NCBI GenBank assembly: GCA_963845195.1
Contig: CAWJRH010000004.1
Span: 1,638,104-1,702,103, forward strand
Length of the DNA stretch: 64,000 nucleotides
Source of the DNA: an uncultured delta proteobacterium
Lineage (GTDB): Bacteria; Myxococcota_A; Polyangia; Polyangiales; Houyiibacteriaceae
Reading direction: 5' to 3'
Positions 45,294-55,023 of this stretch are shown here, one piece after another. A program made the translations under genes and the position numbers. The number at the start of each line of letters is the position of its first letter. Positions within the stretch are counted from its first letter, which is position 1. Under the pieces are notes generated by a model. It was not told the origin of the DNA. It did no database searches and saw only the letters and a list, made by a program, of their open reading frames with translations.

Positions 45294-46264
45294 TCGACGG
45301 CAATCGTCTGCATTCTGAACCGGTAGAGCCGCAGGTCGTTTCGTTCGAAGCTCTCTTCGGGCAGATCGTTCTGTCTAAACAGGAGTCGATAGGCTGCGGT
45401 CGGGCTTTCCTGCAGATGGGTCGTGACCGGCAGTAAATAGCGCCATCTCGATGGCTGCTCATACGCCACGCCGTGCGCTGGCTGCACGAACGGGTCGATG
45501 AGAGAGGTTGCCGCCGGATCGAAGGTCCCGTCGTCGAACAAGAGTGCGACCTCCACATCCAATCCCGCGAGCCGTTCATCGAGTGCGCCTCCCATCGACG
45601 TAGAGCGCTCTTCCCATCGTTTCCGCGCGGCCAGCGCGGCCGTGTTCAGCCCTTCGGCGATCGACTCCGCCCGCGCAGATCGCCAGAGCCGCAGCCCCTG
45701 CGGGCCGCGAAGCAGCACGAGGACCTCCACGGGCTGCCGCCGCGCGAGCCCCTCTGGATAGGCGTCGATCGGTGGAGGCTCCCCGCCGTCGAGAATCTGG
45801 CGGGCCACGCGCCCGAGCGCTTCGTTTCCAAGCGCTTCAGGCCACTCTGTTTGCTCGGGGACGTATAGAATGCCCCGCACGCTTAGATAGCGACCGCGAA
45901 AACCTCGAACGACCATGCCCGCCGAAAGTCGTTCCCCGACCGAGCGCTCCGGTCCAGCGCCGGCGTCCGGCGTCGCGGGAACCCACACCCCTTCGAGGTC
46001 GGCACCCCGAAGCGCTGCCGCGACCGCATCGGGATCCGTGCCGGCAAGCGCTTCGGCAATTTCCGGCACCTCGGCAGCCTGCACCCAGTCCACGCCGCCT
46101 GGCGCCGGGGCGACCGCGACGATCCGGGTCGCAGTCGCCAGGGCGGGCGGCGTAGGCAGGGGTCGGCCGAAGCGGAAGAACCCCACTGCCACCAGCCCCG
46201 CCACTGCAATCAGAAACGCGATCCGCTTTGCCACCTTGGTAGGCTGTATCGTAAGAACGTCCAT
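45155..46264 (-). CDS. membrane-anchored hypothetical protein
   Basis: ATG 46264 opens MDVLTIQPTKVAKRIAFLIAVAGLVAVGFF, a single TM anchor. I recognised no family. The last 139 nt overlap the convergent kinase gene, so the true 3' end is uncertain. Confidence 0.45.
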   Translation of the reverse strand: MDVLTIQPTKVAKRIAFLIAVAGLVAVGFFRFGRPLPTPPALATATRIVAVAPAPGGVDWVQAAEVPEIAEALAGTDPDAVAAALRGADLEGVWVPATPDAGAGPERSVGERLSAGMVVRGFRGRYLSVRGILYVPEQTEWPEALGNEALGRVARQILDGGEPPPIDAYPEGLARRQPVEVLVLLRGPQGLRLWRSARAESIAEGLNTAALAARKRWEERSTSMGGALDERLAGLDVEVALLFDDGTFDPAATSLIDPFVQPAHGVAYEQPSRWRYLLPVTTHLQESPTAAYRLLFRQNDLPEESFERNDLRLYRFRMQTIAVDYGSTASSRADGLSASPADSAAPSGASESKVGSGSSEGRSTTNVVP

Positions 46265-46772
46265 GCCCCAAGGCCTCAAGCTACGTGCACCCGCGCTCGA
46301 GCCACCATTTCACGTCGTCCTGGTGGAGCCCGAGATCCCGCCGAACACCGGGGCGGTGGCGAGGACATGCGCGGCCACGCAGTGCCCCCTGCATCTGGTG
46401 GGACCCCTCGGCTTCTCGATCGATGAGCGCGCGGTGCGCCGAGCGGGCGTCGACTACTGGCATCTGGTGGACCTGCATCGCCACGAATCGTTTGAAGCCT
46501 TCGAGGAAAACCACTCAGACACTCGGATTCATTTGTTTTCCGCTACCGCAACAAACTCCTATCTCGACGCGGATTTCCAGCCCGGCGATGCACTTGTGTT
46601 CGGATGCGAGTCCGTTGGACTGCCCCCGAAACTGCTCGAAGGTCGCGAACGGGTCTGGGGCATCCCGACTTTGGGCCCGGTCCGGAGCCTGAATCTCAGC
46701 AATGCGGCGGCGATCGTCGTCTACGAAGCCCTGCGTCGCGCGGGCGCTCTCGATACGACCTTTCTGGGCTGA
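46263..46772 (+). CDS. trmL: tRNA (cytidine/uridine-2'-O)-methyltransferase TrmL (SpoU family)
   Basis: The sequence VVLVEPEIPPNTGAVARTC resembles the E. coli TrmL N-terminus. The pattern SLNLSNAAAIVVYEALR is also present. ATG 46263 is the only good start. Confidence 0.85.
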   Translation: MPQGLKLRAPALEPPFHVVLVEPEIPPNTGAVARTCAATQCPLHLVGPLGFSIDERAVRRAGVDYWHLVDLHRHESFEAFEENHSDTRIHLFSATATNSYLDADFQPGDALVFGCESVGLPPKLLEGRERVWGIPTLGPVRSLNLSNAAAIVVYEALRRAGALDTTFLG

Positions 46773-46862
46773 GACGACCCGGAGGGAGGCGCGCAGCCCT
46801 CGAACGCGCACCGCGCGGCCGCTGACCATGAATACCGGTGCCCGAGGGTCCGTCCCAGCACC

Positions 46863-47816
46863 ATGGTCACCCGACAAATCCTTTGGCTGGTCCCGACGAT
46901 GATCCTGCTCGTCGGATGCCCGATCTACGGCTCGGACAGCGAGGGGCAACGCCCCCCCGTGCCGCTCGGCGGCTGCGTCGACGACTTCGACTGCTCCCAA
47001 GACGCCTTCTGTGATCGATCAACGGGAGTCTGCGAAGCCTTCGACTACGGGGGCATCTGTCTGACCGACGGAGACTGCTCGCGCGGCAGCTACTGCGAAC
47101 GCGCGGACGGCACCTGCTGGATCCCGAACCTGTCCGAGTGTCGGCAAGACGTCGACTGCAGCTTTGGGTTCGAATGCGACTTCCGCGGCGGATGCAGACC
47201 CGAGGTCGAGGGCAACTGCAGTTTGGATTCGGACTGCAGGGTGGACGAACTATGCATCGAGAACGAATGCCTCGCCGTGAGCGCAACCTGCCAGTTCGAC
47301 TTCCAGTGCGCGGCGGGCTTCACCTGCGCAAACAATCGGTGTCGGCTCATCTGCGCGAGCAACACCCGATGCCCAAGCGGGACCACGTGCAGCGGAGGGC
47401 TTTGCGAACCGCGAACCGGCGAGTGCATCGACAGCAGCGATTGCGTGGACCTCGACACCAACTGCGTCGAAGGAATCTGCCTCAGACGATGCGAGGTGGG
47501 TTGCGCCGAGTCGACCGAGCAATGCGACGGCGAAGGCTTTTGCCGCCCGCGAAGCACCCCAGACCCGAACGCTCCCAGCCCGACGTGCCGTGTCGATGGA
47601 GACTGCACTGGGAGCCTCTGCGTCGAAGGAATCTGTCGGGCTACGTGCGACTCGAGCCTGCCACACCCAGACACGATGTGCGCCTCGTTCGACGGGCAAG
47701 TGCCGATCTGCGGCCACGACGACCTTTGCTACGCCGAGAGTGAAGCGCTCAGCGACTGCCAGACGCGGACCGATTGCGCCGAAGGTCAGAGCTGCATCGA
47801 CGGGCGATGCCGATGA
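46863..47816 (+). CDS. Cys-rich repeat lipoprotein (~45 Cys in 317 aa)
   Basis: The lipobox is ILLVGC|P. The motif C-x2-3-D-x-DC-x4-7-C-x5-7-C is reiterated, for example CVDDFDCSQDAFCDRSTGVC, CRQDVDCSFGFECDFRGGC and CQTRTDCAEGQSCIDGRC. Confidence 0.7.
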   Translation: MVTRQILWLVPTMILLVGCPIYGSDSEGQRPPVPLGGCVDDFDCSQDAFCDRSTGVCEAFDYGGICLTDGDCSRGSYCERADGTCWIPNLSECRQDVDCSFGFECDFRGGCRPEVEGNCSLDSDCRVDELCIENECLAVSATCQFDFQCAAGFTCANNRCRLICASNTRCPSGTTCSGGLCEPRTGECIDSSDCVDLDTNCVEGICLRRCEVGCAESTEQCDGEGFCRPRSTPDPNAPSPTCRVDGDCTGSLCVEGICRATCDSSLPHPDTMCASFDGQVPICGHDDLCYAESEALSDCQTRTDCAEGQSCIDGRCR

Positions 47817-47826
47817 GCGTCTGTGT

Positions 47827-48972
47827 TCAGACCGTATACCGCAAGCGGCGCACGTCGCGCACGATCCGGTCGATCGAATAGGCCGGCTGATAGTCGAGCT
47901 CTTCACGCGCCTTGGTGTCGTCGACCATGCACACGTAGCGCAGATGGTCGAGCTCCTCCGCAGGAAAGCTGCTGAGTCGAAGCCGCCAAAGCTGGTCGAG
48001 AGTGAGCTTGGCGACTGTCGACGGCAGCACGCGTGGTCGACCGCCAGCCCGTCGCACGAGGTGCGAAAGCGGCATCTCACCGGGACCGCGGATGTTGAAG
48101 ATACCGCGGGCGCCCGGACGGAGCGCGAGCTGAATCGCGCGCACGACGTCCCTCTCGTGAACGACCTGGATCATCGGATCAAACCCGAGAATCATGACGG
48201 GCCGATCGAGCCGGAGATAGTTGCTTGCCGCGTTGTGGACCCGACCCACGATGTGACAGGGGCGAAGAACGACCGTTTCAGTTGCGGGATGCTTCCAGAA
48301 AAAGCTCTGAGCCAGCATGTCGAGTTCGACGAGGTCGCGCATCTGCCCGTAGTGCTGGGCGCCGAGGAGCGGGGCATCCTCTCCGAGAAACTGAGGGTTG
48401 TTGGACTGGGGCCCGTACACGTTGGCGCCTGAAAGTACAATGAGCTTCGGCACCTCGTACTGGCTCATGTACTCGAGCAGCTTCTGGAACGCGACGATGT
48501 TCCAGGAGTGGCGCTCTCGGGGGCTCTGCCGCGGGTCGTGAAGCACCCCGAGGTGAATCACCGCCTTGATGTCGCGGCTCCGGAAGATGTCTTTCATCTT
48601 CTTGCGGCGCATGTCGATGCGGTGATGGATGATGTCTTTGGGCCGTCCCTCGAACGCCCGCCGGTCGACGCCAACCACGGGATCGCTTCGATGAAGCTCG
48701 CGTGCGAGAAGTTGCCCGAGCCGGCCACAGATACCGGTGATGAGCACGCCGCCATCGGGCATCGCGCCGGTCTTCGGGATGACCCCGCTCTTCCGGGTCT
48801 CGCCGGAAGCTTGGGGCTGCTGCGCCTGAATATTGCCGAACACGCCGCGGGCGACGGGCGCGCGGGCGGCAGGCGCGCGGGCGGCAGGCGCCGAGTCGTC
48901 CGAGACGCGCTTTCGGCGCGCCTTGGGTTTGTACCGTTCGTGGGACTCGGGGCCGGCCATGGGGTTCACCAT
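47827..48972 (-). CDS. NAD-dependent epimerase/dehydratase (extended SDR) with a basic low-complexity N-terminal extension
   Basis: The Rossmann motif is VLITGICGRLGQ. ATG 48972 is coupled to the upstream stop codon (TAATG). An alternative start is ATG 48762. Confidence 0.8.
   Translation of the reverse strand: MVNPMAGPESHERYKPKARRKRVSDDSAPAARAPAARAPVARGVFGNIQAQQPQASGETRKSGVIPKTGAMPDGGVLITGICGRLGQLLARELHRSDPVVGVDRRAFEGRPKDIIHHRIDMRRKKMKDIFRSRDIKAVIHLGVLHDPRQSPRERHSWNIVAFQKLLEYMSQYEVPKLIVLSGANVYGPQSNNPQFLGEDAPLLGAQHYGQMRDLVELDMLAQSFFWKHPATETVVLRPCHIVGRVHNAASNYLRLDRPVMILGFDPMIQVVHERDVVRAIQLALRPGARGIFNIRGPGEMPLSHLVRRAGGRPRVLPSTVAKLTLDQLWRLRLSSFPAEELDHLRYVCMVDDTKAREELDYQPAYSIDRIVRDVRRLRYTV
48858..48892 (-). 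repeat. 15-nt tandem duplication (gcgcgcgggcggcag x2.3) encoding APAARAPAARAP
   Basis: Read directly. It lies within the N-terminal extension of the epimerase ORF. Confidence 0.8.
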
Positions 48973-49904
48973 TAGATGAAGACGCCCTTCCGTTCGCGCA
49001 AGCCGCGGTTGACCATGCTTTGAATCGTGCTCTTCACGAGCCAGACCTTTTCTTCTATCGCCGAGTCGTCGTCGTCCGGATCGCCGTCGAAGAGGAAGGG
49101 CTCGCCGAAGTAGAGTCGATACTTGGTTGGCAGCGGCGCGACCATGCCGAAGAAAACCTGCGGTACGACCGGAAATGCCGGCATTCCAAGGAGCTTTGCG
49201 AGCGGCTTGAGGTCGGCGATCGAAGGGTACTGTTCCTCGCCGCCGATCACGGCGACCGGTACGATTGGGGTTTGGGTCTCGAGGGCCAGGCGGACGAACC
49301 CGAGCCCGAAGTCTGCCAGCTGATACCGCTGGTCGAAGGTTTTGCTGATGCCGCGCGCGCCCTCGGGAAAGACGATGAGGGATTCTTCCTGGCGAAGGAG
49401 TCGGCGAGCGTTCTCGGGCGAGCCGACGACCTGCCCGAGCCGTGGGTAGAGGGTCGAGATGAAGGGAAGCTCGGCGGTCCAGGTCTCGACCATGCTTCGC
49501 GGAAACCGAGGTGGATCGGCATCCAGCATGAGGGCGCTAGCGATGAGAACCGCGTCGATCGGAAGCTGGCCCGAGTGATTGGGTACGATGAGCACACGGC
49601 CTCGCGGAATGCGATCGATGCCGAAGACCTGAGTCCGGAAGTACCGGCGATGCAAGAGACCTGCGAGGGCGAGCGCATAGCGGCTGGTCCCCGGATCGAA
49701 CCCGAACGGGTCGTGACCCACCTCGTTGGGGTGCGTCTTGATCCCTGCGATCCGCGCATCGATGTCCTGGCCGACAACCTCTTCTGCGATGCGGACCACG
49801 CGATCGCCGACGGAGCGGAGTGTTGCTCTCCAACCCGAATCACCACGCATCTTGGGCCGCCGCCAGCCGGCGAACGGCACGATCGACCCCCCCCTGGAAG
49901 ACAT
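48972..49904 (-). CDS. lysophospholipid/glycerol-3-phosphate acyltransferase-family protein (PlsC-like)
   Basis: The start is ATG 49904 (MSSRGGSIVPF...). Motifs are LIVPNHSGQLPID (an H..D block) and LIVFPEGARG. Confidence 0.8.
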   Translation of the reverse strand: MSSRGGSIVPFAGWRRPKMRGDSGWRATLRSVGDRVVRIAEEVVGQDIDARIAGIKTHPNEVGHDPFGFDPGTSRYALALAGLLHRRYFRTQVFGIDRIPRGRVLIVPNHSGQLPIDAVLIASALMLDADPPRFPRSMVETWTAELPFISTLYPRLGQVVGSPENARRLLRQEESLIVFPEGARGISKTFDQRYQLADFGLGFVRLALETQTPIVPVAVIGGEEQYPSIADLKPLAKLLGMPAFPVVPQVFFGMVAPLPTKYRLYFGEPFLFDGDPDDDDSAIEEKVWLVKSTIQSMVNRGLRERKGVFI

Positions 49905-50008
49905 GAGCCCATCGTGAGCAAGAAGCCTGTGGAGGTCAATGCAAAAGCGGGGTGAAGAGCGACCGATTCGCGCTACCGGGAAACGCGAGGAGCGGTCATC
50001 CTTGTGCG

Positions 50009-50812
50009 ATGGCAGACCCATTTGACGTAGATCGGATCGGCGGTGCGCAAGCGCTCGCAGACTTGACGCAGACCGTCGTTCGCGCCGGAGACACGGCACG
50101 GGAACGTTTTCATGCTGGGATCTCGATCGAAACGAAGCCCGATCGCAGCCCTGTCACTGCGGCAGATCGGGAGGTCGAAGACGTGGTGCGCGCCTACGTT
50201 TGCGGTAGATATCCCGACGCCGAGTTCTTCGGAGAGGAGACCGGCCGTCACGGAGACAACCCGGCGCTACGGTTCATCGTCGATCCGATCGACGGCACCC
50301 GCGCATTCATTCGCGGGCTGCCAACCTGGTCTGTGCTGCTGGCGATCGAGGTCGACGACGATCCGGTTGTCGGTATTGCCTACATGCCCGCCGCAGACGA
50401 TCTCTTCGTCGGGGTGCGTGGGGAAGGAGCGACCCACAACGGAACGCCGGTACGGGTCTCGAAGGTGCAATCCCTCGCAGACGCGACGGTCATGCACGGG
50501 AGCCTCCAGCAGTTCACGGAGTCCGGCGTGGAGGAAGCCCTTGGCGCCTTGGCACGAAGCTGCGATTCGGCGCGTGGCTATCCCGACTTCGATGGCTACC
50601 GCCAGGTGCTCCTCGGACGCGCGGACGCGATGGTCGACCCCGGGGTCAAGCCCTACGACGTAGGTGCCGCAGCAGTCCTGGTCCGCGAGGCTGGCGGACG
50701 CTTCAGCGCGATGAATGGTGAGCCGACGATCTACGGAGGCAGCTTCGTCGCAAGCAACGGCGCGATCCACGACAGCCTGATCGCCGCACTCGCCCCAACA
50801 TCTAAGGGTTAA
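50009..50812 (+). CDS. inositol monophosphatase-family phosphatase (possibly HisN-type histidinol-phosphatase)
   Basis: The start is ATG 50009 (MADPFDVDRIG...). Motifs are KPDRSPVTAADREVE, FGEE and VDPIDGT. Confidence 0.85.
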   Translation: MADPFDVDRIGGAQALADLTQTVVRAGDTARERFHAGISIETKPDRSPVTAADREVEDVVRAYVCGRYPDAEFFGEETGRHGDNPALRFIVDPIDGTRAFIRGLPTWSVLLAIEVDDDPVVGIAYMPAADDLFVGVRGEGATHNGTPVRVSKVQSLADATVMHGSLQQFTESGVEEALGALARSCDSARGYPDFDGYRQVLLGRADAMVDPGVKPYDVGAAAVLVREAGGRFSAMNGEPTIYGGSFVASNGAIHDSLIAALAPTSKG

Positions 50813-50897
50813 TCGTCCTCGGACGTAACGACTTGCGATCGGGGCCGTCTTGCGGAAGGTTCCCCCGCCCCAGCAAGAGCAGAAGCAGGAGAGAGGT

Positions 50898-53264
50898 ATG
50901 ACGAAACCAGTACGGCGAGCAGGCGTAATCGGAGCGGGTGTGATGGGAAGCGGCATCATGGCGCACTTTGCGAACGCCGGCATCGAGGTCGTGATGCTCG
51001 ACATCGTGCCACCTGGCTTGAGCGAGGATGACAAGAAGGACCGCTCGAAGCGGAACGCCTTCGCGGCAGGGGGGCTCAAGGCCGCGCTCAAGGCAAAGCC
51101 GGCCGCGTTCTTCTATCCGAAGTACGCCAATCGGATCACCGTCGGGAACCTCGAAGACGACATCGGGCTGCTCAAGGGCTGCGACCTAGTCATCGAAGCG
51201 ATTATCGAGAACCTCGATATCAAGCGGAACCTGCTCGAGAAGCTCGAGCAGACCGTCGACGAAGATACCGTCATCGCGTCGAACACCTCAGGCCTGCGAA
51301 TCCAAGACATGCTCGAGGGCCGAGCGGATTGGTTCCGAAAGAACTTCCTGGTGATGCACTTCTTCAACCCGGTGCGGTACATGAAGCTCCTCGAGCTCGT
51401 CGCCGGCGAAGAAACCGACCCTGCGGTCATGCAGCGCATAGCGACCTTCGGCGAGAACCAGCTCGGCAAGGGCATTGTCGTCGGAAAAGACACCCCCAAC
51501 TTCGTGGGAAATCGCATCGGGACGTACTCGATGTCGCTCGGCATGCATCAGATGCTCGAGGACAAGCTCACGCCCGAGGACGTCGACGCGATCACCGGCC
51601 CCCCGATGGGTCATCCGAAGAGTGCAAGCTTCCGAACCGCCGATATCGTCGGCCTCGATACGATGAGCCACGTGGCGCAGAACTGCTACGAGGCGCTCCC
51701 CGACGATCCGGAGCGCGACGTCTTCAAGCTGCCGCCGTTCATCACCCAGATGGTCGAGCAGAAACTCCTGGGAAACAAGACCAAGGGCGGCTTCTACAAG
51801 AAGACCAAAGAGGGCATACAGACCTTCGACCCATACACGAGCGAGTACCGCCCCAAGGGCGGCAGCGACGAGATCAAGAAGTTCTGCAAGAGCCTCAAGG
51901 GCTCGGCTGCCGAGCGCGTCAAAGCACTCGTCGCGAACGACGGGCCGGCCGGCCAGTTCGCCTGGAAGGTACTCTCAAAGACCCTCGCCTACTCTGCCAA
52001 CAAGATCCCGGAGATCACCGACGACGTCGAAGCGATCGATAACGCGATGAAGTGGGGCTACAACTGGGACCTCGGCCCCTTCGAGACCTGGGACGCAATC
52101 GGTTTCAAGACGGCATACGACCGCATGAAGGCCGACGGACTCCCGATCCCTGCTTCGGTCGACGCGATGGTCGCATCGGGGGCGGAAAGCTTTTACACCG
52201 ACGACGGTCGAGTCTTTAGTCTCGTCACAGGCGAGTATCAGGCGCGGGACATCGATCCACGCGACGCGACGCTCTCGGTGCTGCGACAGGGTGAAGCCCC
52301 TGTGTTCAGCAATCGCGGCGCCGAGGCGTGGGACCTCGGGGATGGCGTGCTCGGGCTGACCTTCACCACCAAAGCCAACAGCATCGACGACCAGGTGATC
52401 GCCGCGCTCGGCGAGGCCGTGACGATCGCCGAACGCGATTTCCGCGGACTGCTCATCTTCAACGAGGGCGACCACTTCTGCGTCGGCGCGAATCTCTTCG
52501 CCGTCGTGATGGCGGCCCAGCAGAAGGCGTGGGACCAGATCGGGGACATGATCAGCGGGCTGCACAACTCCGTGCAGCGCATGAAGTACTCCACGATTCC
52601 AGTCGTCGCCGCGCCGTTCGGCATGTCGGTTGGCGGTGGACTCGAAGTCTGCCTCGGATCGAATTCGGTGCAGGCGGGCGCCGAGACCTACGCCGGCCTC
52701 GTCGAGGTGGGCGTCGGCCTGCTTCCCGGAGGCGGCGGCAACATGAACATGCTCTGGCGGGCCCTCGAAGGCATTCCGGACGGCACCGACGTCGATCTGC
52801 TGCCCTTCGTCTCTCGTACCTTCCAGAACATCGCGATGGCACGGGTCGCTACGAGCGCCGCCGAAGCCCAAGAGTTCGGCTACTTCCGAAAGAGCGACGG
52901 CATCTCGTTCGACAAGGCGCGACTCCTGACAGAGGCCAAGGGCCGCGTGATCGGCATGGCGGAGTCGGGCTACCATCCGCCCGCGCCAAGAGCGTACCGA
53001 CTCCCGGGCGAAAGCGGAATCGCGACACTCGACATGATGATCGACACGCTCCAGGCGGGCGGCTACGCGAGCGACCACGATGCGCTGATCGCGCGGAAGG
53101 TGGCCCACGTCCTGTGCGGCGGGCCCTCGGGCAACGCGCACGAGGTCACCGAACAGCAGATGCTCGACCTCGAGAAGGAAGCGTTCATCAGCCTTTGCGG
53201 CGAGCCCAAGAGCCAGGAACGCATGCAGCACATGCTCACCACCAACAAGCCTCTTCGTAACTAG
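50898..53264 (+). CDS. multifunctional 3-hydroxyacyl-CoA dehydrogenase / enoyl-CoA hydratase (dehydrogenase-first, FadN-like order)
   Basis: ATG 50898 follows the RBS AGGAGAGAGG. The NAD motif is [18 protein letters not shown] crotonase-like C-terminal domain is present (FCVGANL). Confidence 0.9.
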   Translation: MTKPVRRAGVIGAGVMGSGIMAHFANAGIEVVMLDIVPPGLSEDDKKDRSKRNAFAAGGLKAALKAKPAAFFYPKYANRITVGNLEDDIGLLKGCDLVIEAIIENLDIKRNLLEKLEQTVDEDTVIASNTSGLRIQDMLEGRADWFRKNFLVMHFFNPVRYMKLLELVAGEETDPAVMQRIATFGENQLGKGIVVGKDTPNFVGNRIGTYSMSLGMHQMLEDKLTPEDVDAITGPPMGHPKSASFRTADIVGLDTMSHVAQNCYEALPDDPERDVFKLPPFITQMVEQKLLGNKTKGGFYKKTKEGIQTFDPYTSEYRPKGGSDEIKKFCKSLKGSAAERVKALVANDGPAGQFAWKVLSKTLAYSANKIPEITDDVEAIDNAMKWGYNWDLGPFETWDAIGFKTAYDRMKADGLPIPASVDAMVASGAESFYTDDGRVFSLVTGEYQARDIDPRDATLSVLRQGEAPVFSNRGAEAWDLGDGVLGLTFTTKANSIDDQVIAALGEAVTIAERDFRGLLIFNEGDHFCVGANLFAVVMAAQQKAWDQIGDMISGLHNSVQRMKYSTIPVVAAPFGMSVGGGLEVCLGSNSVQAGAETYAGLVEVGVGLLPGGGGNMNMLWRALEGIPDGTDVDLLPFVSRTFQNIAMARVATSAAEAQEFGYFRKSDGISFDKARLLTEAKGRVIGMAESGYHPPAPRAYRLPGESGIATLDMMIDTLQAGGYASDHDALIARKVAHVLCGGPSGNAHEVTEQQMLDLEKEAFISLCGEPKSQERMQHMLTTNKPLRN

Positions 53265-53293
53265 ACCCCTTCTGCCGGATCCAGGAGAAAACA

Positions 53294-54463
53294 ATGACCG
53301 ATATCGTAGTCGTAGATGCCGTTCGCAGCGCCGTCGGGCGCGCCAAGAAGGGGTCGCTTGCCAACCGTCGTCCGGACGAACTCGCCGGAGAGGTCGTTCG
53401 CAACCTGCTCGCGCGAAACCCCGGTGTGAAGCCTGAGCTCGTCGAAGACTTCATTCTTGGGTGCGCGTTTCCGGAGGGCGAGCAAGGCATGAACGTCGCA
53501 CGCATGGTCGGCATGCTCGGCGGGTTGCCTGAAGAAACCTCCGCCATGACGATCAACCGCTTTTGTTCGAGCGGCCTTCAGGCGATCGCGCTCGGAGCCG
53601 GGTCGATTGCCGCTGGCTACAACGACGTCGTCATCGCTGGAGGGGTCGAGTCCATGACGATGGTCCCGATGACCGGGAACAAACCAAGTGCCTCGCCCGA
53701 GGTGATGGCAGAGTACCCGGATGCCTACACGCCGATGGGCATCACCGCTGAGAACGTCGCCAACAAGTTCGGCATCAGTCGTGACCAGCAGGATGCGTTT
53801 GCCGCGCGTAGCCACGAGCGAGCGCTTGCGGCAATCGAGAACGGCGCCTTCGTCGACGAGATAGTACCGGTTCACGGCGTTCGCTTCGACTCGAAGGGCG
53901 AGCGCGAACTGTTCGAGTTCAAGGTTGACGAAATGCCGAGGCCGGGCACCACCGTCGAAGCGCTCGCCAAGCTTCGACCGGTGTTCGCAATGAAGGGCAG
54001 CGTCACCGCCGGCAACTCTTCGCCACTCTCGGACGGCGCCGCCGCGGCGATCATCATGAGCGCGGACAAGGCCGAGGAGCTCGGCGTCACCCCCCTCGCC
54101 TACTTCCGCTCTTTCGCGACGGCCGGCGTAGATCCGTCGATCATGGGCATCGGGCCGATTCCCGCGGTTCGGAAACTGCTCGCCAAGAACAAGCTCACCA
54201 TCGACGACATCGACGTCATCGAGCTCAACGAGGCCTTTGGAAGCCAAGCAGTGTACGTGGCGAAGGAGCTCGGCCTCCAGGAGGACAAGCTCAACGTCAA
54301 CGGAGGTGCCATTGCGCTTGGCCATCCTCTTGGTTGCACCGGAGCCAAGCTGACCGCGACCGCGCTCAACGAACTCAAGCGACGCGGTGGCAAACGGGCC
54401 ATCGTCACCATGTGCATTGGCGGCGGCATGGGTGCTGCGGGCCTCTTCGAGGCAATCGGCTAG
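53294..54463 (+). CDS. fadA: acetyl-CoA C-acyltransferase (thiolase)
   Basis: Motifs are the active-site Cys in [26 protein letters not shown] and CIGGGMG. Confidence 0.95.
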   Translation: MTDIVVVDAVRSAVGRAKKGSLANRRPDELAGEVVRNLLARNPGVKPELVEDFILGCAFPEGEQGMNVARMVGMLGGLPEETSAMTINRFCSSGLQAIALGAGSIAAGYNDVVIAGGVESMTMVPMTGNKPSASPEVMAEYPDAYTPMGITAENVANKFGISRDQQDAFAARSHERALAAIENGAFVDEIVPVHGVRFDSKGERELFEFKVDEMPRPGTTVEALAKLRPVFAMKGSVTAGNSSPLSDGAAAAIIMSADKAEELGVTPLAYFRSFATAGVDPSIMGIGPIPAVRKLLAKNKLTIDDIDVIELNEAFGSQAVYVAKELGLQEDKLNVNGGAIALGHPLGCTGAKLTATALNELKRRGGKRAIVTMCIGGGMGAAGLFEAIG

Positions 54464-54496
54464 GTCCGACGGGCACCGCTCCTCGGAGCGCCGCGC

Positions 54497-54937
54497 CTAC
54501 CAGGTTCCGGTGTTCGGCATCGACGCCCAAGGTTCCTTCGGCGCCAGCGCCTCGCCCCGCTGCAGTAGTTCGACGGAAATCTCGTCGGGTGACCGCACGA
54601 ACGCCATTCTGCCGTCTCGCGGCGGACGAAGAATCGTCACTCCCCCGTCCGTCAAGCGCTGGCACAGCGCGTAGATGTCTTCGGTCTCGAAGGCGAGGTG
54701 TCCAAAGTTCCGGCCACCTTCGTAGTCCTCGGGGTCCCAGTTGTAGGTGAGCTCGACCAGGGGCGACGCGTCGGCTTCGGCACGACCACGATCGTCGGGT
54801 GCGGTCAGAAACACTAGCGTGAAGCGACCCTTGTCGCTCTCGCGGCGCCGGTGCTCGACGAGTCCGAGCTTGTTGCAGTAGAAGTCGAGCGAGGCCTCGA
54901 GATCGCTCACCCGTACCATCGTGTGGAGGTATCGCAT
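54497..54937 (-). CDS. gloA: lactoylglutathione lyase (glyoxalase I, VOC family)
   Basis: Patterns are [20 protein letters not shown] and ELTYNW...FGHLAF. The protein is 146 aa. Confidence 0.9.
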   Translation of the reverse strand: MRYLHTMVRVSDLEASLDFYCNKLGLVEHRRRESDKGRFTLVFLTAPDDRGRAEADASPLVELTYNWDPEDYEGGRNFGHLAFETEDIYALCQRLTDGGVTILRPPRDGRMAFVRSPDEISVELLQRGEALAPKEPWASMPNTGTW

Positions 54938-55023
54938 GGTTGCCGGACCCTAGCACCGTCGGGCGATTCGTCCGTCCCGACCCCGATTGACGCCCGCCCG
55001 GCTCGCCACCAGACTCCCGTGCG

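Noticed and set aside
51975-54325. Two long minus-strand ORFs (439 aa and 354 aa)
   Set aside because: They are antisense to the beta-oxidation genes (dehydrogenase/hydratase and thiolase), both of which have clear signatures.
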